DNA of 64,000 bases from Marsupella aquatica (taxonomy: Eukaryota > Plantae > Marchantiophyta), in the NCBI GenBank assembly GCA_973895155.1, contig OZ316891.1:13547037-13611036 (forward strand). Direction: 5' to 3'. The notes under the pieces are model-generated. The model saw only the letters and a list, made by a program, of their open reading frames with translations, searched no databases and was not told the DNA's origin. The translations under genes were made by a program, and so were the position numbers. Below are positions 50,085-62,440 of this stretch, one piece after another; the first letter of the stretch is position 1; each line of letters starts with the position of its first letter.

Positions 50085-53000
50085 CTAGGCTCCCATCCCA
50101 GTAGGTGCCAGAAACTCTGCCTGGGCCTCGTTTCCCTTTTGTTGGGTATCACTGACAAGCATGTTCACCTGCCCATTTAATGAAGATAATCAGTCACCAT
50201 AAGCAGATATTCAGAAAAAACGACATTCTGAAAGTTACGCCAACGATTGGTGCTTCTCAGTAAAATGACTGGAACAACTTGACAACTAAATGCAGACGCA
50301 TGGCAAAGATACTTCACTATCCATGAGAAGCAATCACATTGTCGAAAACATGAAGTCTTACCTTGACAATCTCGGATCGTGAATGGGGAGAATTGTAGGC
50401 GACTAATACGGAGAAGTGGAAATCCTGAAAAAGCAACCCCATTGCAGGACGTTAGTGACCTGGATTAAAATGTTTCATAAGAACCAATAGGCTTTCACTC
50501 GAGATCTTCAGGTGCATTGCGATTCGTTGAATACGAAGTTCAACTAGAAATGATTTTGTCCTATGAACTACCTGTGCTAATCTCAAACATTTTCAGTTGC
50601 TCAAGTGGCCCCTGTTCAAAAGGTCGAAGCTTACCCTAAATGGATCACCTCTCAACGATTGCACATACAGGGTTTTCTTAAAACCACGTCCCTGCGAAGA
50701 GCAAGATGTGAACGAAATCGCAATTAAGTTCAGATTCAATACCAACCCAAAATCCACTACTTCAGACGAGAAAAATTATCCACCGACTGTAGGAAGTGAG
50801 TAAAGGAAGACGTTTAATAAGCACAAACTTCATAGCAATTTTTGTTATGAGGATTTTTACACCTCTAAAGACAAGTCCCGCAGGTGCCTTCCAGTTTGCG
50901 CACAGCAGATCCGCACAACGTTCTCCTCACAGCTTCCAGTGATGATGTAGTCGCGCCCATTCATATAATATGATCTTGTGTAATTCTGATGACTGCCCAA
51001 GGCGGGTATATCAAATTTCATATGCAGCCTTCCATCTACGGCTAAGTGCTGCCTGACCTGTACATGCAAACGAAATCCTTATTACACACCAATGCCGTGT
51101 GTCAATTCCGTTATGGACCACACTTCTCCAGTTCATAAACAACCCCCTTATTTAGCAGAAGAAACACTGGTGACTACCCAAATTGCTATGCAATGCAGAT
51201 CTGGTCAACAAAGATAGTACTTAGCTCTCAACATTCAAAACAACGCCAAGAACTCTACAGCAGTAAAACCAAAAATAGAAGTTACCTCGTTGTCAACAGC
51301 TGAAGAGAGAAGGTAATGATCATCTCGAGAAAAGCAAACCATGACATTTCCTCGGTTACTTCGGGTAGTATAAAGAGGTTTGCCGGCCTTTATCCTGATG
51401 TCCCACATCTTGATCTCCTTGTCAAATGACGACGTAGCAAAAAGGAAAGGCGAATGATGGGCAAATTTGACCACATTGATGTGCTCCTCATGAAGGTCGG
51501 TGAAGATTTCCAGGCGCTTCCCGGTCCGTAAATCGTACATACCAACGTGTTTGGAGTATCCACTAGCCAGAAAGTAATCATCTGTTGAATTGATGTGAAC
51601 AGAAGTAAGTTGCTCAAAGTCGTCGTATGTGTAAATGGCAGGGCTCCGACTTGTACGACTTCCATTCCTTGGTTGTGAACCCCAATCATTTAGATTGCCA
51701 GATTCGGGCCTTGCTCCATTTTGGCCTGCTGTTACCATTGAAGCTCGCATATGATTTACATCGTAAAGTTGCAACGATCCGTTATCTGACCCGGCAATTA
51801 GCTGTGAAAAATGGTCCACCATAAGTCAGGACCCAACTGATCATTCAGCGCAATTTGACGATATTATTCATTCAAATGAGCTTCGAAACAAATGAGTGCA
51901 TCTCAGTGACAGCGATGCATAATGCTAAATAAAAAACGATGAAGGTATGACATCCTATCTCGTAGCTGTTAGATAAAAAAAATTAGCATTTCCTTGTTGT
52001 TCTTGATAGACCAAAATTGTATTGGCCAGGCCAGATATTTCATTCGGCATTGTTTCCGTTGTGTCCAGAGGACATTCACAGCTAAATGACATGCGATAGT
52101 ATACACTTCACTTACTCCATTTCTATACAATAAACATCAGTATCCTGAGCACCCGATCGCCAATTCTGTATAATCCTTCCGCGGGCTCTCCTAAGACTAC
52201 AGTATCGGATGTGCACAAGCCATTCATCGACTAGTTCTAATTTTGTAGGGTTCAACATCGTACCTTATGTGGATCTTTGTTTAGCCAACAGAGCCCAAGG
52301 ATGCTGTGGGGAGCGCCGATGGACTGAACACAGCCGACCACCTTGTTGCTCTCATGATTTACAACAACTACTTCTCCACTGAGAGTTCCGAAAACCATGT
52401 AGCTTGACTCAGTTGGGTGATACTCAAACTGACGAGGCTTGCACTTGCGACTCATATCCAGATTTGAATTTTTAAGTCGACATATAGTACTAGTAGTTGG
52501 CCATACACAAGAAGCCATTTTAGCAGCGCACAAAGACCTGTTGACCCCAGCTTTGCTCGTCTCATTGACAACCATTCCCAAATTTCTGTTACCACTAGTA
52601 TGAGCAGTCAGACCCCATCCACCAATCTCTCGCCGTCTAAGGACTTTGATGACATTCTCATTGCTTCTATTATTAGCCAACAATTCAAAGTGTTCGACAT
52701 AAATTCTTCGAGCCCTGTCCTTCTCTGGCTCTGTAATTAATACGTTATCAAGCACTTTTAGACCTGGTAATGTGGTCACCATAAACTCTCGATAATATCT
52801 CTGAGAACAGATGGGTGCCGCATGACGGGCTCCAGTGAGACGCAACGAAATGGCCGAGTTGGGCATTACAAACGAATACTGCTCTCGACCCTCGTCCTCC
52901 GAACTTTCGCCTCTTTCAGTTCCTGAAGCACCTTCAGGCCTAAGCCTATGACTCTGTCTGAAATATCCTTCAGAAAGTGGGCTAGTAATGGCATCACTGC

Positions 53001-55648
53001 TACTCACGTTGGACGGTCTTAGAAAGTCCTGTAGTTCTTGATCAGCACCTCCAATCTCATCCAGCGGTTGCAGAACCGGATCAACGGATTGCAAGCCTGA
53101 GATGCCATTCGTATCTGGAACCTCATCCTCCAATTGTAGTCGCCCTTCTTGCTCAGGGAGTAAGGTATCATCAGAGATATGTCCACTAACCGTAGTGGTC
53201 GCTGGAAGAGCAACACCACTAGGAGCACTGGAATCAGAGTCTTCTAACCCAGCTAAAGTGAGTGCAGCTTCCCGGTCAGATTCAACATCTCCATGATAAT
53301 CAATATCATCATCTAGCCTGAAGTCCATTGACTGTACCTCGTTAACTTCGCCCTGGAAGTCCATGTCACTTTCAGCAGAAGACTCACCACTGGAAGTATC
53401 TGGGTGGGGATGGTTTATGCCCAAGTCCTCATCCGAGAACAAGTCATCAGATTCCTCTTCTTCCGTTTGTGATAACCTTGACTGTAGTGTATCAGGTGAA
53501 TCGTAATCTTCACCATTTAAAGTACCCCAATCCAACAAGGGAGTCCTGCCATTGAATCCCAAATTTTCACGGAACCAAGGTCCCATAACCTCGTTGGCTG
53601 CTGAAGTAGCACACTGCCCAGTCCCTAGGCAGCACACACACTTTTGAAAACGTAGCTCGATCAGATTGGGAAGCCTGGATAAAGCAGCACAAGTGGTCCA
53701 TAGGTTTGCAACTCCTGTCCCACACATAGAGAGCCTGGCAAGTTTTGGCATGCCTTGAAAACAGCCCTCGGGTAAATTATTCACAGGAGAACTGTAATCA
53801 AGGTTGAGAGTGTGTAGCAAGGAAAATTCCCCTATCATGTCCAACTTCCGCACCCTAGCAAAACTGAGATCTAAGATCTGACATGATAATCCACCATGAA
53901 AAAGGTCTCTGCACAAAGCCAAGACAAAAACTACATTGAGGAAGAAGGGTTTCTTAAAGATGCACATAACTGAGCAGAAAACTACACAGACTAAGGCTAT
54001 CCAGAAGTAAGAAAGAGCCGAGGGGTCAGCTTGCTCATATCAGAAAAGTAACGGTATACTGTGATGTCAAAGCTTGTTTCAACACAATTAAAAGCTTGCG
54101 CTTACTAGAAATCAATGGTATTGCAAAACAATTCGATCCTGAATTATGTCGCATACCTCAGTGCCTCTCGTCCGAAGGAGATGTCTCTGAGGTCTACCGT
54201 CCGCAGCCTAGAACCCGCAGTACGCAATAATTGCACCACAAGAAGTCCGATCGCCCCTGACACTGTGTTGTTCAAGTGTACATCGACAATATCTACTACA
54301 TTGCTCTTTGACATCCGGAGACAGTCCACAATTGGCAGGAGATCCGCTTGTGTCATACGGTCTAATACCAGATTCAACACAAGTGGATCTCTGTTGCTGC
54401 GCGAGTTTCCACATGCTTTCTGAATCAACTGCAACGGAACAGTTCTATTCGATGAGTGACATAATTGCATGAAAGCCTGACAAATGGTGCTATTAATCGA
54501 AAATGAGACCTTCAATCACCACGCAGCTGTCAACATGATGCAAATGGCATCTAAACTTATCAATATAGCCTTGAAAATCTTAGACAGGACGGACATGATG
54601 ATACCTCTAACGTTGCTGAGAATGCCAATCACTGGAACAAACTTCCTCCGTTTTCAAACGGAAACAAGATAACATAGCCGGAAAAGAAAAATCGGGCTAT
54701 GGAAAAGCTGCCCACTGTGACATGGCTAAGCAGTGTGTGATGAACTGGGGCTTAAATCGGGTATGAACAAAGCAGGCCAACTTTGACATCTGACCTTAAA
54801 TTCAGCACCATCAAAAAGGAATGTTCATGAGAAGTGAGACACGAGACAATGATCTCACCTCAACAAAAGCAGCCCTGATTGCTTGATGTGGAGAGACACC
54901 ATGTCTGTCACAGGCCTGCTCATAGCTGCACCCAGTGTCACCAACCAGAGCGAGGTCACATAAAGAGCGGGCATTTTGGCTTGTGACATCTAAAGCTACC
55001 TCGGAGCAGAAAGTGCTGTATTGTGAGACTGATCCAATGCCCAGGCTTCACATCGTGGCAACCAACAAGCAGCAGCCGCTCATTTCATTTTACGTCACAT
55101 AAGCTACAATTTGGCATTTTGCGTAGTTGTGTAAATTTCTAGGATCGTTGCCAACAGACCGGGAACGCTACCTACGGGACTGTTAAGTATAACTTATCCT
55201 CCCAAGATCAAGGGACTAACTCTGAAACTTACAATAATATGTTGTGAGAATCCAAGACAGCCTACTGCTTAGATTCCTCAGTCCCATAATTATAATTTCA
55301 GGACACCTTCATATGCAGAACAGCGCCCTAACGAAAAGAAAAATCATTGCAGAAAACAGAGGCACAGCAAACAAGTAAAAGACGGGTAGATTTTGCTTCT
55401 AGATCATGGGCAAAATCTCGTCGGTATATCCAAGAAATGCAAAGTGAAACTGTGGTTTCGACTCTCCACACCTTGCATAATGGATGTACTTCTGTAAGTA
55501 AAAAGGAGAGAAGGCCTAGCATTACTTTTGATTGCAACAAAAACAGCTGTAGATTTGATCACGTGACTCGTGTCAATAAAACCTCATGTGAAATTACACG
55601 GGGAACAACTCACAAGATTTGCAGTGCACTGATATCTGATGTCTCCAT
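50085..55648 (-). CDS. DHU1: LRR + WD40 (DWD) protein, DHU1-like; putative CUL4-DDB1 substrate receptor
   Basis: Minus-strand coding exons 55648-55614, 54925-54859, 54419-54157, 53908-52264, 51801-51286, 51057-50863, 50691-50635, 50424-50362 and 50168-50085 join in frame (METSDISALQIFYEQACDRHGVSP... to ...PTGMGA*). Motifs PRQFEYHP, MVFGTLSGEVVVVNHE, HINVVKFAHHSPFLFATSSFDKEIKMWDIR, NYTRSYYMNG and VQSLRGDPFRDF match my recollection of Arabidopsis DWD HYPERSENSITIVE TO UV-B 1. Probable 5'UTR intron at 55855-55661. Confidence 0.9.
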
Positions 55649-56150
55649 CTTGCCAGAGACCTGACAACAATCCTTCACAATTGTGAACTGCACCCTTCCA
55701 CTCCAATCATCCTCTCGATCAAATTGCCAGACGAATGAGTGACCACAAAGGTTGCCACACCCCGACAAGAGTTACGTCGCATGAGCAGAAAGCCATGACA
55801 CGCTTTAGGAATTGCACAAAATACCGTCCTCACAGCGGATAACCTAAACAAACACCTGCTCTCGATGTTCCCCGCAAATGACCACCGATCAAAGGGGTCT
55901 CACGAACAGCTTTCGCCTGGCCAAACCCTTCCGACGGTTGTGTGTCAACCTTACTAGAAATGTCCGAATTTCCAACTCGAATAAGGGACAGGATTCGTTC
56001 CCTTGCTTCCTACCCTTACAAACGGAGTTTCCAAAAGCCCAGTGTCATCGTTCACGAGCATCCATCACAATTCCCGAAAAACAGCATCCCTAGAACGAAA
56101 GTCGAAGGCAGCCATGGCGCAGGGTGTGTTGAAACCAAATACCGACCGAG

Positions 56151-56187
56151 CTTCTTCTTCTTCTTCTTCTTCTTCTTCTTCTTCTTC
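56151..56187. repeat. (CTT)12 / (GAA)n microsatellite in the inferred DHU1-like 5' leader
   Basis: Directly visible in the sequence. Confidence 0.95.
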
Positions 56188-56850
56188 AGTGTGCTTACCC
56201 AACTCACCCGCCACTCCACCGACCAACCAATCGGATACCGACGGACAACATCGCCCAAACAGATACACAGAGCACTGAGAGCAATTCAATGAAGAAAAGC
56301 ACACTAGTTCAAATTGAGCAAAGCGAATGAAAAGGGGCAATCACTCTTTCAAACACTCTTTCAAACACTCTTTCTAGCCCTTCCTCAGTTCCTCGTTCGC
56401 GTCACGGTATTCGAGCTGACGAGCCGGCGAGAGCTCGCACCGCATTGAAGGAGGTTTCCATCCTCATCCTCGCACGCGTGAAGTGAGTACACGAGAACTC
56501 CCATTACAGGTCCGTCTCTTCGTCAGTTCGTCGTCTTTCGGTGGGGAAGAAGACACAGAGCTCTCTGTCACTTGTTTTCTTCTTTTTCTTGAAAGGAGTA
56601 CTTTACGCTCTCTGTCACTTGTGATTCATATTATTGTATATTTGTATCTGCCGTCTCTACAGTGACTATGGATCTATCTACCATATCTGTCTACCTATCA
56701 TAGCTATACCATATATATCTTCTATACTATACTATACTATACTATTGGTGGGAGTACTTTTTCATGGCATGCTGCTGAATTATTGACATAAATTTTTCAT
56801 GCTTTCGTCCTTTGATATTTTTTGAACCAGAATTTTGAAAATACTGGCTA

Positions 56851-57107
56851 CTAGCCCAGATGACCCGTTCTTTGAATGTGAATAGATATGAATACAAACC
56901 TAGCACAATAAAATTAATATGCTATTTTGGTTAGTCTTTGCCCCATCCCTGTCTTTTGTCCATACTCATTTCAGTTTTGTCTTTATTTAGAGTCAATGTC
57001 ATTTTTGTCCATCATTTTGACCTTATTGAATCTTATTATTAGTTTTGTCTGTATTAGGAGCTAAGGTCTAGAGGCTTCACTCTAGACCTAGGCCTTTTAT
57101 ATTAAGA
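56851..57107 (-). mobile_element. Non-autonomous mini-Helitron, copy 1 (257 bp)
   Basis: On the minus strand it begins A|TCTTAATATAAAAGG and ends ...GAACGGGTCATCTGGGCTAG|T: TC start, CTAG end, A|T insertion site, no TSD. It shares the GTCTAGAG-gcttca-CTCTAGAC hairpin with copy 2. Confidence 0.7.
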
Positions 57108-57304
57108 TTTGCATTCATCTATCTATCTGTGTTATAGGTAAGATGTGAAGGTTTAGTAAGGATTGAAGTTGTTGATGCATCTTATGTGTACGTGGTTGCA
57201 ACCTTATTGTCAGTCATGTGGCTGTTCAGATCATCCTTGCGGCCATGTCATCATGCAATCATTTTGGTCATATTGTCAACTGTTGCATCCATGCTGTTGT
57301 TGCG

Positions 57305-57549
57305 GCCGTGATGTTGTTATAGCCATGCGGTCATTGCCGCCATGTTATCGGATGTGCAGCTTAGTTCAGTATCTGGAAAAAAGTCAAAGAATACAAGTCA
57401 AAATTCATCTAAATGAAAAATAACACGCCGTGATGTTGTTATAGCCATGCGGTCATTGCCGCCATGTTATCGGATGTGCAGCTTAGTTCAGTATTTGGAA
57501 AAAAGTCAAAGAATATAAGTCAAAATTCATCTAAATGAAAAAATAACAC
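57305..57549. repeat. Near-perfect ~122-bp tandem duplication
   Basis: gccgtgatgttgttatagccatgcgg...catctaaatgaaaaataacacg occurs twice in succession. Confidence 0.92.
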
Positions 57550-57743
57550 GTAAGATGTTTACATACAAATGTGAGGTCATGTGTTTAACCATGCATTGCA
57601 TAATGTTGTTGTCAAACGTTGGTGTAGCAATACCCATGCATGGCACAAAAATGCCAAGGTGAGGTAAAGGTGACCATGGAAGTAGATGACGCAAGGAAGT
57701 CATGGAGGAAAAGAAGTGTTATTGAGGAGTTACTTATGTCTCA

Positions 57744-57940
57744 ATAGCCTTGACTACCCGTTCCTTGAACGGAAAGAGATGAGGACGAAAAGGTAACTTG
57801 CACAAAAAAACTATTCCTAGCTGTTTTGGTTCATCTTTTACTCTGTGTTTTGTGAGTTAGAGTAGAGTCACGGTCTAGAGGCTTCACTCTAGACCCCGTA
57901 GGCCTTTGCAATAGCTTCCATTTGCAAATTATTAGTAAGA
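57744..57940 (-). mobile_element. Non-autonomous mini-Helitron, copy 2 (197 bp)
   Basis: On the minus strand it begins A|TCTTACTAATAA and has a subterminal hairpin CCGTTC-aag-GAACGG followed by GTAGTCAAGGCTAT|T (a CTAG variant). Same internal TCTAGA hairpin as copy 1. Confidence 0.65.
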
Positions 57941-60900
57941 TTAATACAATTTAACTTAGTGGAAAGGAAGTGTTGCCCGTAGGGTCTGGCCATGGCAGTG
58001 TACAATGTTGATGACTACTTGTTAAGATCGAGGGCAAGCGAGAGAGGGATGCGAGGGTGAGATTTGTTGCAACTAAAGTATGTCCATAAGGAGGCAAAGG
58101 TGGGGCAAGGGAGGGGTGAGCTAGACGGGTTAGGGTCAGCGCTCACTTTCCCTCCCCTCCCTTCCCTTTCACTCACCATGACCCATTGTGCACCCCCTGG
58201 TACACGGTCCGTCTGTCTATGGAGGAAGACCCTCATGGCCGCAACCCCTCCCCTCCCCTTCCATCGCCATGCCCTGCCATGCCCGGACCAAGTCAGCCTT
58301 GATCACAGACAGGCCGGGGGACAGGCGAGGCCCTGCCCTACCTTGCTATGCAAAAATGACATAGGTGCACAGGTCCATGCGGCGACTTACCAAGGGGGTG
58401 AGGCTGAGGGCACAAAGCCTCATTTTTGGGAGATCCAATTGTGATGAAAACCAAATTTTTGATGGAAAGCCATACTTTACTCCCAGTTTTTTTGGTTCTT
58501 GTAAGCAAATGATCCACCAGAATTGCCATCCATTTATCAAACACTACAATACCCTGTCCTGCCAAAAAGGCCTATAGTCCAATTACAACATGAGAAAAAA
58601 CATGAGCCAATCTTGGCCCTTTATCAAAATTGTTTTTTTTGGCAAGTCAGATCCATACAAACACACCAGCCTCTTATCTCAAATGTCTATCCAAGCTGCC
58701 CTTGCCAACTTACACCTGCCCAAAATAAAAAGGAAAACCAGAACAGAAACAACAAAAATACTCTTGCCTATTGCATGTTTGTGCTTGGGTTCTGCAACAT
58801 AGTGGCCGTTTGTCACCCATCTTGTGTCCCCATGCTCTGACCTTTGCCCACCTTGAAAACAACATTTTCACAAAAACAACAACAATGACCAAAATGACAA
58901 CATGTTTGTAACAACAACAACCCAGTCAAAATGACAAGATTTTTGCAACCATGCCTAAAATATGATAAACAGTCTTGCCCACAGCGTCGTGACCTTTTAC
59001 TGTGGTTGCCTTATAAAATTTCATGTTTGTTACAGTGTCAAGGAAAAACTAGGAAGAAAAATGGGGAGGGGCCGCGACAAGGACCATGGAAAAGCACATG
59101 GATTAGAAAACATGGGGAGGCTTGTCCTGGCCCCTTCCCTCCTTCACATGGATGGAAATAGGGGGAGAGGCAAGGTGGACAAAAATCCTCCTCAACCATC
59201 ACCTTCCCACCTCCCATGCAAGTACTTTTCCCCTCCCACATGAGTATGGTAGTTCTATACTGGAATAAATAAGGACTTCTTCATTGAGTTCATCATGTGT
59301 AGGTACTCTCTCCACTTTTCAATTACTATACATTGACTATTTGTTCATTCACTATGTCCAGCACATTGTACATTGTAATCTTTTATTCTATGCAATTTCA
59401 TTACTCAACAACAAATTTTAATTTGTAAAACAATATCCTTTTTACACAATGACATCTTATATGCAACAACATTTTTACATAATAACATTGAGAACAACAT
59501 ATTTTCCTCCATAACATTTTTGCACAATGACATATTTTGCATTTGTTGTACACGGTCATGTCTATGCAACAACATATTTTGTGCAACACACTTATCTATA
59601 TTATTATTTGGCAATATTCAATTGGTTGGGTCTTCACTTATTTCTTTTGACCCATCACACACGCATAAGTTTAAGATTTTTTTCATTGAGTTAAGCAGAA
59701 AACTCGTAAACTTTTGTGAAAGAGAATGAGGGGTACGTGGAGATATATGCTTGATGGGCCCCCTGGTGAACCTTTCTTACCTGATGGGCCCCTAGGTAAC
59801 TTTTTTTACCAAGTAGGACCCCTCTTAATGACCAGTACACCTGTTCTTGTGTGGTGCCTACACCTGTCCTTGTGTGGTGCCTACTATGTACAGTAACTCC
59901 AGGCAAACTGCACGATTGGACCGTGCGGTCGACCCTGAATGGTCAACCGAGAAACAACGGAGATTATTCAGGAATCACAAAAAGCGAATGCCGCTGTCAA
60001 AACTGTGATTTGAAGACAATATGCATTATGTCTTCGGATTCAAAATTTGACCGATCTCGTGGTAGTCATAAGGTTTGCTTGTATAGGTTTTTTTTGTGAA
60101 AGATAAATATCATAGAAGTTTTTAAAATCATGCTTAGAAATATTCTTAGAATTCTATGAGGTCAGGCAATGGTAGAAATTTCCTTGGAATGGTTTTCTCT
60201 TTTATATAAACTAATTGTGAAAACCCCAAGGAAAGGGGGAAACAAGCAGCCCAGAAACAAGCCCAAACAAAACACAACTAACACAAAGCAGATTGAGACA
60301 CAAACACCAACCCATCCAAGGTGGGATTCCACAACTGGGCCCACACAAGCACACAAGAAACCATAAACCCGCCCAGACCAGGCTGGCCAAGTCAGGATAA
60401 AAATTAGTTTTGAAAACCTTGTTTCTTATTTCTTAGGGTATCTATTACCCAAAAATGTGGAGCATGATATGGGACTTCCTTAGGAATGAGGCCCCCAAGT
60501 ATGTTCTAGGGCCATGTTAGGGCCTAATCACAATTTAATCAACTAAAGTTCAGTAAATTATATATATAGTTTTTTTTCAATTGGTTACGGGCTTCTATTC
60601 CTTGATGTGTTTTTGGGTTATTCACATAGTAATCTTAGGGGTTGACTATCAAAAATCTTAGGAACCATGTGCAATCCAAAATAAATATTTTTAATAGAAA
60701 TTAACTAAAAAATTTAAAAAGCATAGGAGACAAATGTAGGTATTATAAACTCATGTTTATAGAATATTCTCTAAAATATACATTTTGTAAAGTAAAATAG
60801 ATTATTAATTTTGAAAATGGAAAAATGATTGAATATTGGCTTTACAAAATAGGTCTATTTATATTCGGCTAGGGTCGCGTGTGGTACCCCAAAATGTACA

Positions 60901-61403
60901 CTTAGTTAACCCCCTGAGATAGTAATTCCCATTGATTTTCTTGATTAATATTTTTAAAACCAAAATTTGAAAACATTGCTTTTCTATAGATCTAGTAATT
61001 AATCCATGGACCCCCATGTTCATCCAAGGAATGTGTGTGTGATGAAGTGAAATCAATTTTAAGCAAGGCAGTGACCAACGGTTTTGAGTCCCCCAATGGT
61101 GTTGGTGTGTGCTTGTATAAAAGAAAACACTCCAAAAGATAGAGGAGATTTATCAAACGAAAGGTTGAATGTGGAGGAATTGAGTTTTTTGACAATTTTT
61201 GCTTACACATTGGAGAAATCGTGTTTTTACCATTCTTGATTGATCGTTTGTGAGTTACATTGAGCATTCCTATCACAAGATAGACTGGAGGACAACACTC
61301 AACTGTTGGTGAAAGAATGCTTGTCGATTCAGTGAGAAGAACACACAAAATGAACTAGCCATCATTTCACACGAAGAATTTGTAGTTTTTTTTATTTAAG
61401 AAA

Positions 61404-61730
61404 TGTAGGATCAAAATGGACAGCATGACATCTCATAACCATCATTTATTCAACACTCAAGTACACTAACACAAAGATATGTGGTTCACCTCGTCAAGGC
61501 TACGTCCACGGCCGCACCAAGAGCTTCACTATGAACATGAAAAATACATATCACCATAGCTCCATGGTCCAAGCTCTCTCTCTCTCTCACACACAAAGTT
61601 CTCTACTAAGTGTTCTCTCTCCATGGGATACAAAGAGGGTTATCCCTTCATGAAGAGTCTAGTAAACTAATATTAACTTTGGTTAACTTACTCTAGTTAA
61701 CCTAGCCAAGATTAAGTCAAAACCCTAACA
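61404..61730 (-). mobile_element. Solo LTR related to 47383-47721, opposite orientation, 327 bp
   Basis: TG...CA ends (TGTAGG...CCTAACA), 5-bp TSD AGAAA (61399-61403 and 61731-61735). Contains ATGTGGTTCACCTCGTCAAGGCTACGTCCACGG, a close match to the reverse complement of the motif in the first LTR. Confidence 0.88.
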
Positions 61731-61939
61731 AGAAAGCTATGGTGTGAGGGGGAGACCAATAATTATTTCTTTAATATAGAGGCTGCATTTTACGTCAACC
61801 TGTGTGCACAGTGAGCTTTAGTTGAAGACTAGAGGGATGCGAACAATTCAAGCCAGGAAGCAAGCATTGTGGACAAGCGATGACAAAGTAATCAAAGAAA
61901 TCAATTTGCAACGGCTAAGTTTGTGACAGTGACAAGATT

Positions 61940-62440
61940 GTGATATCTCTTAATCGAGAAAGGATTTCCAACGAGCCTTAGATTGACAAATTTTGTCAAG
62001 TTCCAAATGAGTTTTTGAATTTCTTTGCCTTTCCAATGAGTGTGAGTATAAGAAAGTTTGATCATAAGTTCATGAATTCTTTTAGCTTTCCAACATTGAG
62101 TCCGACATTGACAAATTTCATGTCAGATTTTGTCACCGTACTAAAGAGATCATGAGATTTTCAATTTCATTAGCTTTCTAATGTGTGACATTGAGATTAT
62201 TTGTCAAGAATTAAAGAGATCATGAGTATCTGAATTTCTCTAGCTTTCCAATGAACCTAACATTGATAGATTTTGTCAAGTACTAAGGAGATGATGAGTT
62301 TTTAATTTTACTCTAGCTTTCCAATGAGTGTGACATTGAGAAATTTTATCAAGACATTACTAAGAGGTCACTAGTTTCTAAATCTTGATCTTGAGTTTTC
62401 CAATGAATCAAACATTGACAGATTTTATCAAGTACTAAGG
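61940..62440. repeat. Degenerate AT-rich minisatellite (~65-80 bp unit, CTTTCCAATGA...ACATTGA...TTTTGTCAAG)
   Basis: The motif recurs about 7 times. Confidence 0.8.

Noticed and set aside
55856-55900. Candidate first coding exon of DHU1 (...GNIESS)
   Set aside because: An in-frame stop lies upstream with no ATG. The exon at 55660-55614 supplies a start that aligns better (METSDISALQ), so this segment is 5'UTR.
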